Origin: Sminthopsis crassicaudata
Taxonomy: Eukaryota
Length of the DNA stretch: 64,000 nucleotides
Reading direction: 5' to 3'
NCBI RefSeq assembly: GCF_048593235.1
Contig: NC_133623.1
Span: 56,572,066 to 56,636,065 of the forward strand
Shown: positions 12,170 to 23,600 of the stretch, piece by piece
How the letters are laid out: each line of letters starts with the position of its first letter
Position numbering within the stretch: the stretch's first letter is position 1
Translations under genes and position numbers: made by a program
Notes under the pieces: generated by a model
Database searches by the model: none
The model's input: the letters and a program-made list of their open reading frames with translations, nothing else
Told to the model about the DNA's origin: nothing

Positions 12170-12430
12170 GGGGGGGGAGACAGACACAGAGAGAAGGGGG
12201 GGGGGAAGAGAGACAGAGAGAGAGAAGAACAAGAGAGATAAAGAGAAACAGAGACGCAGAAAGACAGGGAGAGAAGAGACAGAGAGAGGGAAGGGGAGAG
12301 GAGAGAGAACAAGAACGACAGAGAGAGACAGATACAAGAAGAGAGGAGAGAAAGAGGACAGACAGGAGGAGAGAAGGGAGGGGAAAGACAGAGAGAGAGA
12401 AGGGAAGAGTGTGGGAGGGGGGAAGGAGGG
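12170..12430. repeat. GA-rich low-complexity (polypurine) tract
   Basis: agag/acagag-rich purine tract. Confidence 0.8.
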
Positions 12431-13019
12431 CGATGGAGACCGAGCACAAACAGCGGCAGCCTTGCAGGAGCCTGTTCAGAGCTTAAGACCCGGCCCAGCC
12501 CCCACAGATGTCCTTTATGACAGCTGAATCTCTCCATCCCTATTTCTCTTTGGCATTTCATGAAAAGACAGGTGTAATGTAAAATGAGGGAGTCGGAATA
12601 AATCAGGGGATTCTCCAGCAGAGGTTCGTGAATCTGGGGTTTTAAAAAACAATGTGATAGCTCTATTTCGACATAACGTTCCCTTTATGATTCCACTTAA
12701 TTTGTGGGCTTGACATTATTCCGGAAAGAATCCATAACCGTCATGGGACTAAGGGCCGGTAACACACACACAACCCTGAAGACTCCCTGTTCCCTCCCAG
12801 TTCTGCTCCGCTCCTCCCGGGTTATATTAGTGGATCGCGGCAATCCACCCAGGATGAAACTCCCACGCCGATTCAGACGCGGCAGCAAGGAAGGGAGAAA
12901 ACCCGAGTACAAACCAAATCAAAGCAATGGCGGGGGAGAGAAAAGGATGGAGGTCGGGTGGGATGCTTTCGCTCTGGAGAGGCTGAATTCTAATGGAGCC
13001 CCAGCCCGGGGCGGGGCGG

Positions 13020-15170
13020 GGCAGAAAGAGGGGGACTCGCCTAGATCCTGGAGCTGGGGGTCACCCTTTAATGGGAAGGGCTCACTGAGTAGGGAGACGG
13101 GAGCCTGGGGACCCCAGCACATGCACCTGTCTAGGCCCGGTTACTGGGGCTGGGGGGGAACCCCCCCCCCAGGAAGCCTGCAGCATACCCTCGGGCCCGG
13201 GAAGGAAGGCTGCCGCCCGAGGTCACCGTGGCTGGGCTCGCCGTAGTGCCGGGGGCCAAAGCGCCGTCAGGGACCCACGTCCAGCCCGAAGCTTGGGGGG
13301 AGGGGCGGGACAAAGGGACTCTCCGGAGGCTCGGTCTCCAGTCGAAAGGTCGCAGGATCTAGGGGTAGTCGGGCCGATGGATCGTCTAGCCTACTCGCCC
13401 CGCCCCCACTTTGCAGAGCCCGCAGGAAGCAGCGCAGTATAAGATCTCCTCTGGTAGGAAGATGGAAGACGGAGACGTGTTTTCTGCACCGAGACATGGC
13501 TGGCTACAGTCATTTTGGACGCTAGAGTGTGTTTCCTCCCCGCACCCCCTCAATCCGCAATCCCCCAGCTAGTCCCCTTCCCCACGCCCTTCGGCCAACC
13601 ACGTGACGCTCCCCCTCCCGATTCTCCAGTGCCTGTGGGCAGGTGATTGTGGCCTCGCCCTACCCCCTCTGCACAAAGGCACTAATCAACGTCGAGGATC
13701 TCCGGACAGGCAATGACCTTAACCAATGAGGAGAGAGAGGGGGGAAACCATATCACGGTCGCGGGAGGAAGATTGGTGGTCTGAAGCAATCAGCCTCGAG
13801 TACGGCTGAACTGACGAGGCAGTTAGCCAATGAACACAGAGAGAGGCGGGGCTCCACCTGCGCGCCGGGAGCACAGCAGGCTCGAACTCAAAGAGGGCCA
13901 TGGCCGGGCCCTATCAGACTTGACTTTGTTGCCAGGCGGCAAAGCGCCGGGAGCGCGCACAAGGGAGGAGGGGCAGGAGCGGTAGCCCAGCCAGAGCCAA
14001 TCAAGGTTCACCTCAGCGGGCGGGGGGGCGGAACTGGCTTCTGAGTGACATGTAGAAGAACCAATGAGAATGTTGAAGGGGCGGGGCGGGGTTGCTCCCC
14101 CTATCGGGAGGGGGCGGCGGGTGACGGGCGGGTCCCTCCCCCAATGAGAGGCGGGGGGAGGCGGGTTCGCGCCGCCATGTCGCGGAGGCTGCTGCCCCGG
14201 GCGGAGAAGCGGCGGCGGCGGCAAGAGCAGCGGCAGCAACTGGAGGAGCCGCAGGAGCATCAGGAACCACAGCAGCTGCAGCGGCGGCGCCGGCGGGCGG
14301 CGGGAGCCATGGTGAAGATGGCGGCGGCGGGTGGTGGCGGCGGCGGCGGCCGTTACTACGGTGGAGGCGGAGGAGGTGGTGGCGGCGGCAGCGAGGGCGG
14401 CCGGGCCCCAAAGCGGCTAAAGACGGACAACGCCGGCGAGCAGCACGGAGGCGGCGGGGGAGGAGCCGGGGCGGCAGGCGGAGGCGGCGGCGGTGGGGTG
14501 AGGCGGGGCTGGGCCGGGGCCTACCCGGGCTGGCGGGTGGGCTGACGAGCAGACTGAGAGCTTCATTTTGGGCCGGGCGGGCGCGCGCCGGCCTCGTGCC
14601 GTTGGGGCCGCGGGGAAGGGGGGAGGGGCGAACGTTTTCTTGGAGACTCGAGCCGGTCGGGCTCGCGCTGCGGGAGCCGCCACTGCGCGTGCGCGGGGCC
14701 GCCGAGGCGATTGCTCCTGGGGCGGGGGAGGGAGGACGGTCGGGGTGGCCGCTGGCGCTCGCCACCACAATTTGCGCTTGCGCGGCTCGCCCGCGTGGGT
14801 GGCAGTTGGGAGGCTGCGCGCGCAGGCTGTGAGGGGGGCGATGCTAATGTGCGGCTCGATGTTTGCGCCTGCGCAGTGGGTCTGCCATCCTTCTCCCGGT
14901 CCGTCTGTTGGTCACACGTGGTGGTACCTTTCTCTTTTTGTGGCTGACGCTTGTAGAGGCTGCTCGCGTTGCCATGGTCTTAAATATCCGCCGTCTAAGT
15001 AGCTAAAGCCTCCTTCCCCGGCCCGGGCTATATGCCCTCCCCACAGAGAGGGGCTGCTCCCCCCTCGACCCCACCCTTCCTGTAGTCAGGACCCAGAAGC
15101 CTCCAAGCCCCCACTTGGGGGGCCTTTTCTGCTGTTTCTGGGCGAGGGTCGCCCCCCCCCCCCCCGGGGG
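13020..15170. promoter_or_regulatory. HNRNPL CpG island promoter with CCAAT boxes and GC boxes
   Basis: CpG-dense. CCAAT at 13723, 13827, 13997, 14061, 14141 and ATTGG at 13772; GGGGCGGGGC near 14079; E-box CACGTGAC near 13601. Confidence 0.85.
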
Positions 15171-18100
15171 GCTGGGCTAGGCTGCTGCTCTGTGAAATTT
15201 GACTTTTCCTGCCTTCTAAGGAGCCCAGAAGACCCGTTCCAACCCCGCCCAGTCACTGCCCCTGAGGGACCCGGCAAGTTGGTTTGGCACTTTGAGCCTC
15301 CGCTTGTTCACCAGTAAAAGGACGGGTGCCCCCGATGGCCCGAGACCCCTGTGGCTCTCTGTTCTGTGACCTTAGCTGGCCTGAGCTGGGGGGGGGCGCG
15401 ACATTCCAGGAAGAGCTGGGGCTCCCATCCTGCCCCGTGTTTTTTAGCCACGAGACTCCATGGGAGCCCAGCCAAGGCAAACAGTCCCGAGCTTGGGCTG
15501 CAGCAGCAGAGCGCAGGGCTGTCCTTGTATGGGCTCTGCTTCCTCCTCCCTTTTCGGTGGTTAAGATCTAAGATCTCCCGAAGAGCTAGTTTCCTCTGGG
15601 GGCTCTGCCTTTGCTGCAGAAGCTTAGTGTTGCTGGGGAGGGGGGAGGGGGGCAGAGCCTCTTTCATCAGGGGCTTTGCCTCAGCTGTCCATTTTTCCAA
15701 ATTTGCTTTGTTGATGGCTTTTGTCTTTACGTCACAGTCATTTCTTGGCTGAGCTTTTGAATCTGAGGTATTTTGGATTCCCCGGTAGTTTCTGTAAGTG
15801 AGTAGTAGCTTAGAGGGAGAAAATGAAACAGGCCCTTGTTTCCTTTCCTCAGGAAAATTACGATGATCCCCACAAAACCCCAGCCTCCCCAGTCGTCCAC
15901 ATAAGGGGCCTGATTGATGGTGTGGTGGAAGCTGATCTTGTGGAGGCCTTGCAGGAATTTGGGCCTATCAGGTATGGTGGCTTTTGGGGGGGAGGGGGGC
16001 GCCCTGGAGAAACTTCCATATTTTCTTTCCTAGCCAAGTCTGTCTGAGGTGCTCTCCTTGTGCTCTAATAGTTTTCATCTAATCATTTGTCTGCTCTCAA
16101 GTACAGAATAGAGGAGAGTTCTGTATTTAAATAATTTTTTTTGCAATTAGCATATATGTCATAAATCTCCTTCATCTTTCTGCTCACCCTTCCAAAGTCC
16201 TGGTAATCCCTATTGCATAATCAACCAAAATCCTACTGACCACGTCCAGAAATTGTCGGCATAGCTCTAACTTGATTCTTTGATATCATGGCTGGCCATC
16301 ACATTGACTGCCATTCTTAAATCCTCCGAAGTTTGTTTTTATGTTATTGTTATTTTATGATTGTTCTCCTGACTCAGCTCACTTTGTCATTTTATCCAAG
16401 TTTTCTCAGAATTTTGAAAACATCCCCGTCATCCTTTCTCACAGTAGGTTGACGTGCCATAACTTGGTCAGCCATTCCCCAGTTGATGGGGAATCGTTTC
16501 CAATTCCATACCATCCCAAATAGCCATTTTCAATAATTTTAGACACAGAAACCCTTTCCTTCTTTCTTTGGACCCTCTGAGCTCTCAAAGTAATTTGTTT
16601 CAAAGGGTTTGCATGGTTGGATGACTTGGGGCGTTGGTCCAAATTGCTTCCCAGAAGGGCTGCACCAATTGAGTTTCACCAACATGGCATTCATGTGCCA
16701 TTCTCCCCTCCCCCCAAAAAAAAACAACACATATACACAACTTTGCAACATTTGTCATTGTCAACTTTGCCAGTCTGCTTTAACTAATATTTGGGGGCAG
16801 CTGGGAGGCTGGGTGAATTGAACTCGAGGCCTAGAGTCAGGAAGACCCAGCTTCACGAATCCAGATCTGTCTTTAGGCACTTCTTAGATGTACGATCCTG
16901 GGCAAATCACTTCAGATTTCCTCATTTTAAAATGAGCCGGAGGAGGAAATGACAAACCATCTCAGTGTCTTTGCCAAGAAAAAGCCCTAGAAATCCCCAT
17001 ACAACTGCATAAAATTAGTAGCTTGGATTTCTTCTTGAGTCTGTCTGTATCCTTTGATCATTTATCAGTTTTTCCCACCAAAGACTGGATGCCAGTATTC
17101 CATGCTTTTGCCTAGAGCTTCCACTTCAGTTGATGGGACTCTTGTCGTTTCATCCTGGTCTCAACCGTTCAGCTCACTTGTTTGCTTTATATCTTCTAAG
17201 AGAGATTTTTTCCGTTTTGTGCAGACCTTGACAAGTCTTTGTCGTCCACATTATCCCTCAAACCTCGAGTTTTCGTTTAGGCCTTTTTAGGAAAGGTTGG
17301 GCCTTCTTGGTTGGGGTCCCACATTTGTTGTATAGTGGGAGGTTCACTGGATTTCTGCCATCAAAAACTCAGGTTTAAATCTTAACCGAGCTGCTCCATT
17401 TATCTATTTATGTGATGTTGGGCAAATTATCTTAGCCCTCATAGGATTTCGTTTTCCATATTTGTAAGATTGCGAGCGTTGCACAGAATTCCTGAGGCCT
17501 CTCTGGCACTAATCTAAAATCCAGTGGTGTTTCTGGCCAGAATTAGCCATCACTCCGTCTTCCATTCAAAAATCCTGGCCTTTTGCTGCGGCATCAACAA
17601 AGCTGCCCTGGTGGGCTGCGGCCTCCTGCCCCTTAACTCTCCCCCATCGCCGCCTCTCCTAAGGGAGTCAGTCCTGTAATTCACTGCCGCAGTTGGGAAC
17701 TAGCTTGTCCTTTTATACACTGAAACCCGGAGGAGTTGGGCAGTGCTCAGTGGGTTCCTTCCGTGTATGTTTCGGCGCTCACATTCGTTCTGGGTCAAGA
17801 CGTGTCGGTCCTCGCCGTGCTGCTCCCTGGAGTGTTCTGGGAGTTCTGAAGACGCCTCCTTTCTCCTAGTTATGTGGTGGTGATGCCCAAAAAGAGGCAG
17901 GCTCTGGTGGAGTTCGAGGACATCCTGGGGGCCTGCAACGCTGTGAACTATGCAGCGGACAACCAGATCTACATTGCTGGCCACCCCGCCTTTGTCAACT
18001 ACTCGACCAGCCAGAAGATCTCCCGGCCCGGAGACACAGACGACTCGCGTAGTGTCAACAGCGTGCTGCTCTTCACTATCCTGAATCCCATCTACTCCAT

Positions 18101-20662
18101 TACAACGGTGAGCCGGGGGGCTGTCGGGGCTGTCGGGGGAGGCCGGGAGGAGTTTGGGGCGTTTGCTGACCATCTCTTGTCTCTGGTTCCTCAGGATGTC
18201 CTTTATACCATCTGCAACCCTTGTGGTCCTGTCCAGAGAATTGTCATCTTTCGAAAGAATGGCGTCCAGGCCATGGTAGAATATCCTTGGTGACTGGGGT
18301 GTGCGGAGCCCCCAGAAGTGGAGAGAGGCAGGTGGTTGGGATATGGCCGCCTTGGCTTGCCCAGGTGGCATTTTGGTGACGGCTGTAGTTTGCTGTTGGG
18401 AACAGGATGCTTTGGGTGTTGCTGTGGCGGGCACATCCCAAAGGCATTTAACCACAAAGACTGTTTCCCCATGTATAACGTGGGCACAGTTGGCCCTGCT
18501 GGTAGGCTGGTTTGTTTCTCTGAGGTGTTTGGGCTTAAGTGACTTGCCCAGTCACAGCTAGGAAGTGGCAAGCACTTGAGATTGCATTTGAACTCTGGTC
18601 CTCCTGACTCCAGGGCGGCGCTCTACACTCTGCGCCATTGCTGCCCAGGCTCTGCTGCTTTTTACAAGATGTGCTTTTCAGATCCATAAGGCATTACAGA
18701 CATGGGAGCCGTTACTTACTGTGGGTTGTTCACCCGGAGTCGGCCATTGTGGCTCTTGGTCCAGTCGGACACATGCCCCGGGGGAAGGCCGGGGTTGGTA
18801 CAGGCTGGCATGGTTTGTTTCTCTCTGAGGACCATTTCCTTAACTAGTGTTCACATTCGACTCCGTGCAGAGTGCTCAGCGAGCCAAAGCGTCCCTCAAT
18901 GGGGCGGACATCTATTCTGGCTGTTGTACCCTTAAGATTGAATATGCTAAGGTGAGTGAGCCTGCTGGCAGACTGGCTGCCCAGACCCCAAAAGGGGACC
19001 GGTGGTCTCTGGGCCCGGGGCGGGGCTGGCGCCAGAGCTCCCGACTGCCCGGCAGATGCTGCTGCCGTTCGAATGTCGCGCCAAGGTGGTGTCGCCTCCG
19101 ACCTGACGTTGTTTCTCTCTGTGTGTAGCCGACACGTCTGAATGTGTTCAAGAATGATCAGGATACCTGGGACTATACCAACCCCAACCTCAGTGGACAA
19201 GGTAACCTTGCTGCCTTCTTTGTCTTTCACTCCCCCCGCCCGCCATGCCTGTCGGGGAACTCGCACATTCCTAGGTCGGCCTCAGTGTTATGTAATGCCA
19301 TTGGACTTAGACAGGTCAGGGAGGGAGCAGGGGTCTTCTGTGGCGGCTGGCTCACGGCTTCTGCTTTGGCACCCGAGCGGGAAAAGAATGGGCTGTGGGA
19401 CCGGGTCTTGGGGTGAGGAGCTTGTCTGTAAGCTATTTCTTTGCCTGAGCTCCTGGCCCATGGGCTGGGTCGCCCCGCCCTTGGCCACTGGCCCTGGGGA
19501 TAGCCCCTCCCGGCCTTGAGGGCAGTTTGGTGACTGGAGCACAAGGACCTCAGAGGTTCTCTGGTCTGCCCCCCTAAGCTCATGTTGTTGACAGGGAGAC
19601 CAGGCCCAGAGAAGCGAAGTGCGTGCCGGGGCGGTACTGAGCCCCAGCCCTTGAAGTTCTTTTCTAAATTGTCCGCTGTGAGGGGACAAGGGGTCAGCCC
19701 AGTGACAGGTGCTCTAGGGCAGAAAGGCCCAAGGGCTGAAGGCAGGCAGAGTAGTGGGCTCGGAGCTCCGCACCAAGAGAAGTGAGGCCGGGGGGAGGGA
19801 GAGTCTGGACTGGAGCCTGAGGCTCAGGGCTGGGCCCTAGAAGAAGCCACAGGCAGGCCCGGGCCTCGTGCCAGGGCGGGAGGAGGACGATTTCTGTCCT
19901 CAGTCAGGGTAGGGGAGCGTCCTCCACCTTGTTGCTCGGCCAGTAGCACCCGCGGGGGACGTGAGCGGCCGGCCCTTCCCTCACCAAGACTTAGCTGGCT
20001 TCTTGGTTGGAGAAGGTGGGGAGTGGCGCTGCTGCCCTCGGGCTTGTGTAGAGAGGAAGACCCCCGGGGCTCCTCCCCTGACTCCCGCGGGGGGCGGAGG
20101 CTTGGGAAGTGGCAGGGCAGGGGGGCTTCTCCCCCACCGCTCCTCATCGTGCTGGGCCGTCCTCGGTTCCTGAGGCCAGCCCCACATTGGTGAATCCCAG
20201 GGAGAGCAATGGCATTACATGAGTTGTAACAGAAACATGGAAAGCCCAGCTTTCTTCTCCAAGGTACATAGTAGAACATGTGCAGAGCGGCAGGGGCAGG
20301 CCTCTGGTTTTGACGGCCCTTGCCTTTCCTGGCCCAAGGCTGGGGGACAAAAGCAGGGCGGGGAGCCGCCCTGGCGCTCGGAGCGAGCAGGGGTTCGGCG
20401 GCCCCCCTGGGGACCGTTCCCTTGGCGGCTCTGCCTCTGTACATCGCTCACCAACACACAGGGTAGGACCCCCTAGCTCTTCTTGGAGAGAACACGCAGC
20501 CTCCTTCAGGTACCAGAAACAGCCGCAGATTTGAGCTCACTACATCAAGAACACCACACCGCGCTCCAAGGAACAGCTACAAGCACAGAGACAGAGAGAG
20601 ACAGAGACAGAGAGACTCAACAGGGCGGCAGCCGCTGCTTTTTTTTTTATTATGGTGGTTTT

Positions 20663-20694
<32 letters not shown>

Positions 20695-23600
20695 AAAGTC
20701 AAAATCAAACTTTGAACCCACGAATGTACACAGAAGTAGGAAACACAGAACAGAGGTTTTCTCCTAACCAGCCCAGCGGCGCTCTTTTCGGAGAACGTTT
20801 CATAAGCCGAAGTAGATTCCAGTGGCCCTCCAAGACTGTAGGATCCTCCTCTCCATTCCTCGCCATATTGGTTAAGTTTTTTGGTTTGGGGAGGGCTTTT
20901 TTTCCTTTTTTCCGTTTTGGTTTTTCTCTGCAGTCATCGGCTGCCCACCTAATACGTACCAACTGGAGATCCAAACCCCAACCAACCCCAACAAGGGTCA
21001 AAACAGCTCAGAACACACAGCGATGTCCCGGCGCGTAGCTGGGGCGCGTCCCGAGGCACAAGGCGGGCATAGCGGGGCCATGGGCACACTCGCATAACAG
21101 AGTCGCCAGACACGTACACGGAGAGCCAGCTACACAGGCAGCAAGCCGCACCCCTCCACCGCACCCCACCGCAGCACACAAATGTTGAGGAGGCGCAAAC
21201 ACGGAGGAAGGAACACTTTCCACTTATACACCACTATTGGCCACTTTCTGATCTCTGCTGAGGACAGAACATCTGTGAGCCAGTTTTGTTTAATCAGAAA
21301 AATGACTTGAAAAGAAAAATAAATTGAAAAAAAAATTGTAGCGGATTTNNNNNNNNNNNNNNNNNNNNNNNNNNNNNNNNNNNNNNNNNNNNNNNNNNNN
21401 NNNNNNNNNNNNNNNNNNNNNNNNNNNNNNNNNNNNNNNNNNNNNNNNNNNNNNNNNNNNNNNNNNNNNNNNNNNNNNNNNNNNNNNNNNNNNNNNNNNN
21501 NNNNNNNNNNNNNNNNNNNNNNNNNNNNCCTTTTCCATCTTTGTAATGACTGACTGTTGGAATAAACCCAGTATGAAATGCAGCTGGCGGGACGGCAACA
21601 TTGTATGACTCCGGGAACGTTCACGCCTTGTCCATGATTGCTCATTTTAACGGATTCCTGCTTTTGTCAGCCTCCTCGGGGCTGGGGGGAGGGGGTGCCG
21701 GGACCTTGTGTTCTTAGCTTTTACTCCCTAGTGGCCACGTGAGGTGGATTCCGGGGACCATGCCCAAGGACCCGAGAAACGCAGACAGATTTGAGTGGGG
21801 TCGGGGGAGGCGAGGTAGGCCTTCCAGGGCGCCTCGGTTCCGTGCAGTTTGGACGTGTACGTTTTCTCCCGCACCTCTCCTACGGGCCCGTGGTTTCTTA
21901 GGTGACTGGAGGTCCATTAACCGTTTGGGATGAAGTTCCCTTTGTACCGTCCCTTAGCTTCCTGTAGTCTAGGATGGAGTTGGGGTTGGAGGTGTCTTGC
22001 AGAAGAAAGAGGGCAGAGACCCTCTCTTAAAATATAGGGTGTCTGGCCCTTTAGTAGGAAGAGGGACTGCATGACCCCCTCCCCTCCCTTCCCAAGGCTT
22101 CTCCAGCCTTTGGAAGAACCGAGTTTGTCTCTGTTATTAACAGACACTCAGGCTTCAGGCCTTTGCCCCTAGCCTCACGTGGCCTTAAGAGGAAGCTAGC
22201 TCCCAGCAGCCCCTGGGACAGCCGGCTCAGTATGGTTTGCCATACCTGGGGCTTGGAGAATTCTTACTACAGGTGCAGAGGCCCCTAGAGAGGGAAGGAA
22301 GTCTCCCCTTCCTCCAGGATGAGGCGCTGACATTTTTCTCTGTCCACAGGTGACCCCGGCAGCAATCCAAACAAGCGTCAGAGACAGCCTCCTCTCCTGG
22401 GAGATCATCCCGCAGAATATGGTGAGGGCAGGGGGTTCCCCTCCGTGGACTCCCGTGGCTCATGCGACCCTGCCCGCCGNNNNNNNNNNNNNNNNNNNNN
22501 NNNNNNNNNNNNNNNNNNNNNNNNNNNNNNNNNNNNNNNNNNNNNNNNNNNNNNNNNNNNNNNNNNNNNNNNNNNNNNNNNNNNNNNNNNNNNNNNNNNN
22601 NNNNNNNNNNNNNNNNNNNNNNNNNNNGGGGGCCATCGTCGGGGCCCAAGCCGATATGGCCCTCAGTATGGCCACCCCCCGCCCCCTCCCCCACCGCCTG
22701 AGTATGGCCCCCACGCAGACAGCCCTGTGCTGATGGTATATGGCCTTGACCAGTCCAAGATGAACTGTGACCGGGTCTTCAATGTCTTCTGTCTCTACGG
22801 CAATGTGGAGAAGGTGAGCCGGCAGGCCAGAACAAGCTTTGGGGTGCAAGGAAGCCCGGCCTCTGACCCTTGGCCTTTGGGCTGAGACCTTGGGCAGAAT
22901 TGCAATTCTCTGAAGTTGTCAGGGAGACCGACTCCTCGCGAACGAGTGGGGAGAAAGGACGGCCCTGGCCCATTGGGCGAAGCTTGCTGATGGGGGGGGG
23001 CCCTGCCTTTCTCTCTGAAGGTTAAATTCATGAAGAGCAAGCCAGGGGCGGCCATGGTGGAGATGGCGGACGGCTATGCAGTGGACAGAGCGATCACTCA
23101 CCTGAACAACAACTTCATGTTTGGACAGAAGCTGAACGTGTGGTAAGTACCTCCTTCCCCCAGCTCTGGCTCTGTTCCTTGGGGCTGGCCTGCGAGGGGT
23201 CAGAGGGGAAGGGGCAAAAGGAAGCCCGAGGAGGTCAACTCCCCGTGGCCTTGGCCTCCAAACAGCATTTTGGGGGACTGGATTTCTTACTGGGCATTTC
23301 ACCAAACTGCCAGGAAGAGAGTGGGAGGCCAGGGTAGCCAGGAAGGAGCCCGGGGCACAGAGTAACGGTCTTTTTGGTCTTCCCCATTACACACAGCGTT
23401 TCCAAGCAGCAGGCCATCATGCCCGGGCAGTCTTATGGGCTAGAGGACGGCTCGTGCAGCTACAAAGACTTCAGTGGCTCACGCAACAACCGTTTCTCGA
23501 CCCCGGAGCAGGCGGCCAAGAACAGAATCCAGCACCCCAGCAACGTGCTGCACTTCTTCAACGCGCCCTTGGAGGTGACCGAAGACAACTTCTTTGAGGT

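Noticed and set aside
7105-12430. Long inverted repeat between the CT-rich tract (7105-7295) and the GA-rich tract (12170-12430)
   Set aside because: Only compositional complementarity; no extended alignable match.
14013-14770. Minus-strand 251-aa Ala/Pro-rich ORF over HNRNPL exon 1
   Set aside because: Antisense shadow of GGC/GCG-rich codons in a CpG island.
18502-18830. ~20-bp direct repeat (ggtttgtttctc..tgagg at 18509 and 18812) as a SINE TSD
   Set aside because: The second copy lies ~165 bp beyond the SINE end, so it does not flank the element.
19202-19209. GTAACCTT as a second U12 donor (HNRNPL intron 6)
   Set aside because: Mismatch at +4 versus GTATCCTT. The acceptor at 22349 has an ordinary U2 pyrimidine tract and no U12 branch consensus.
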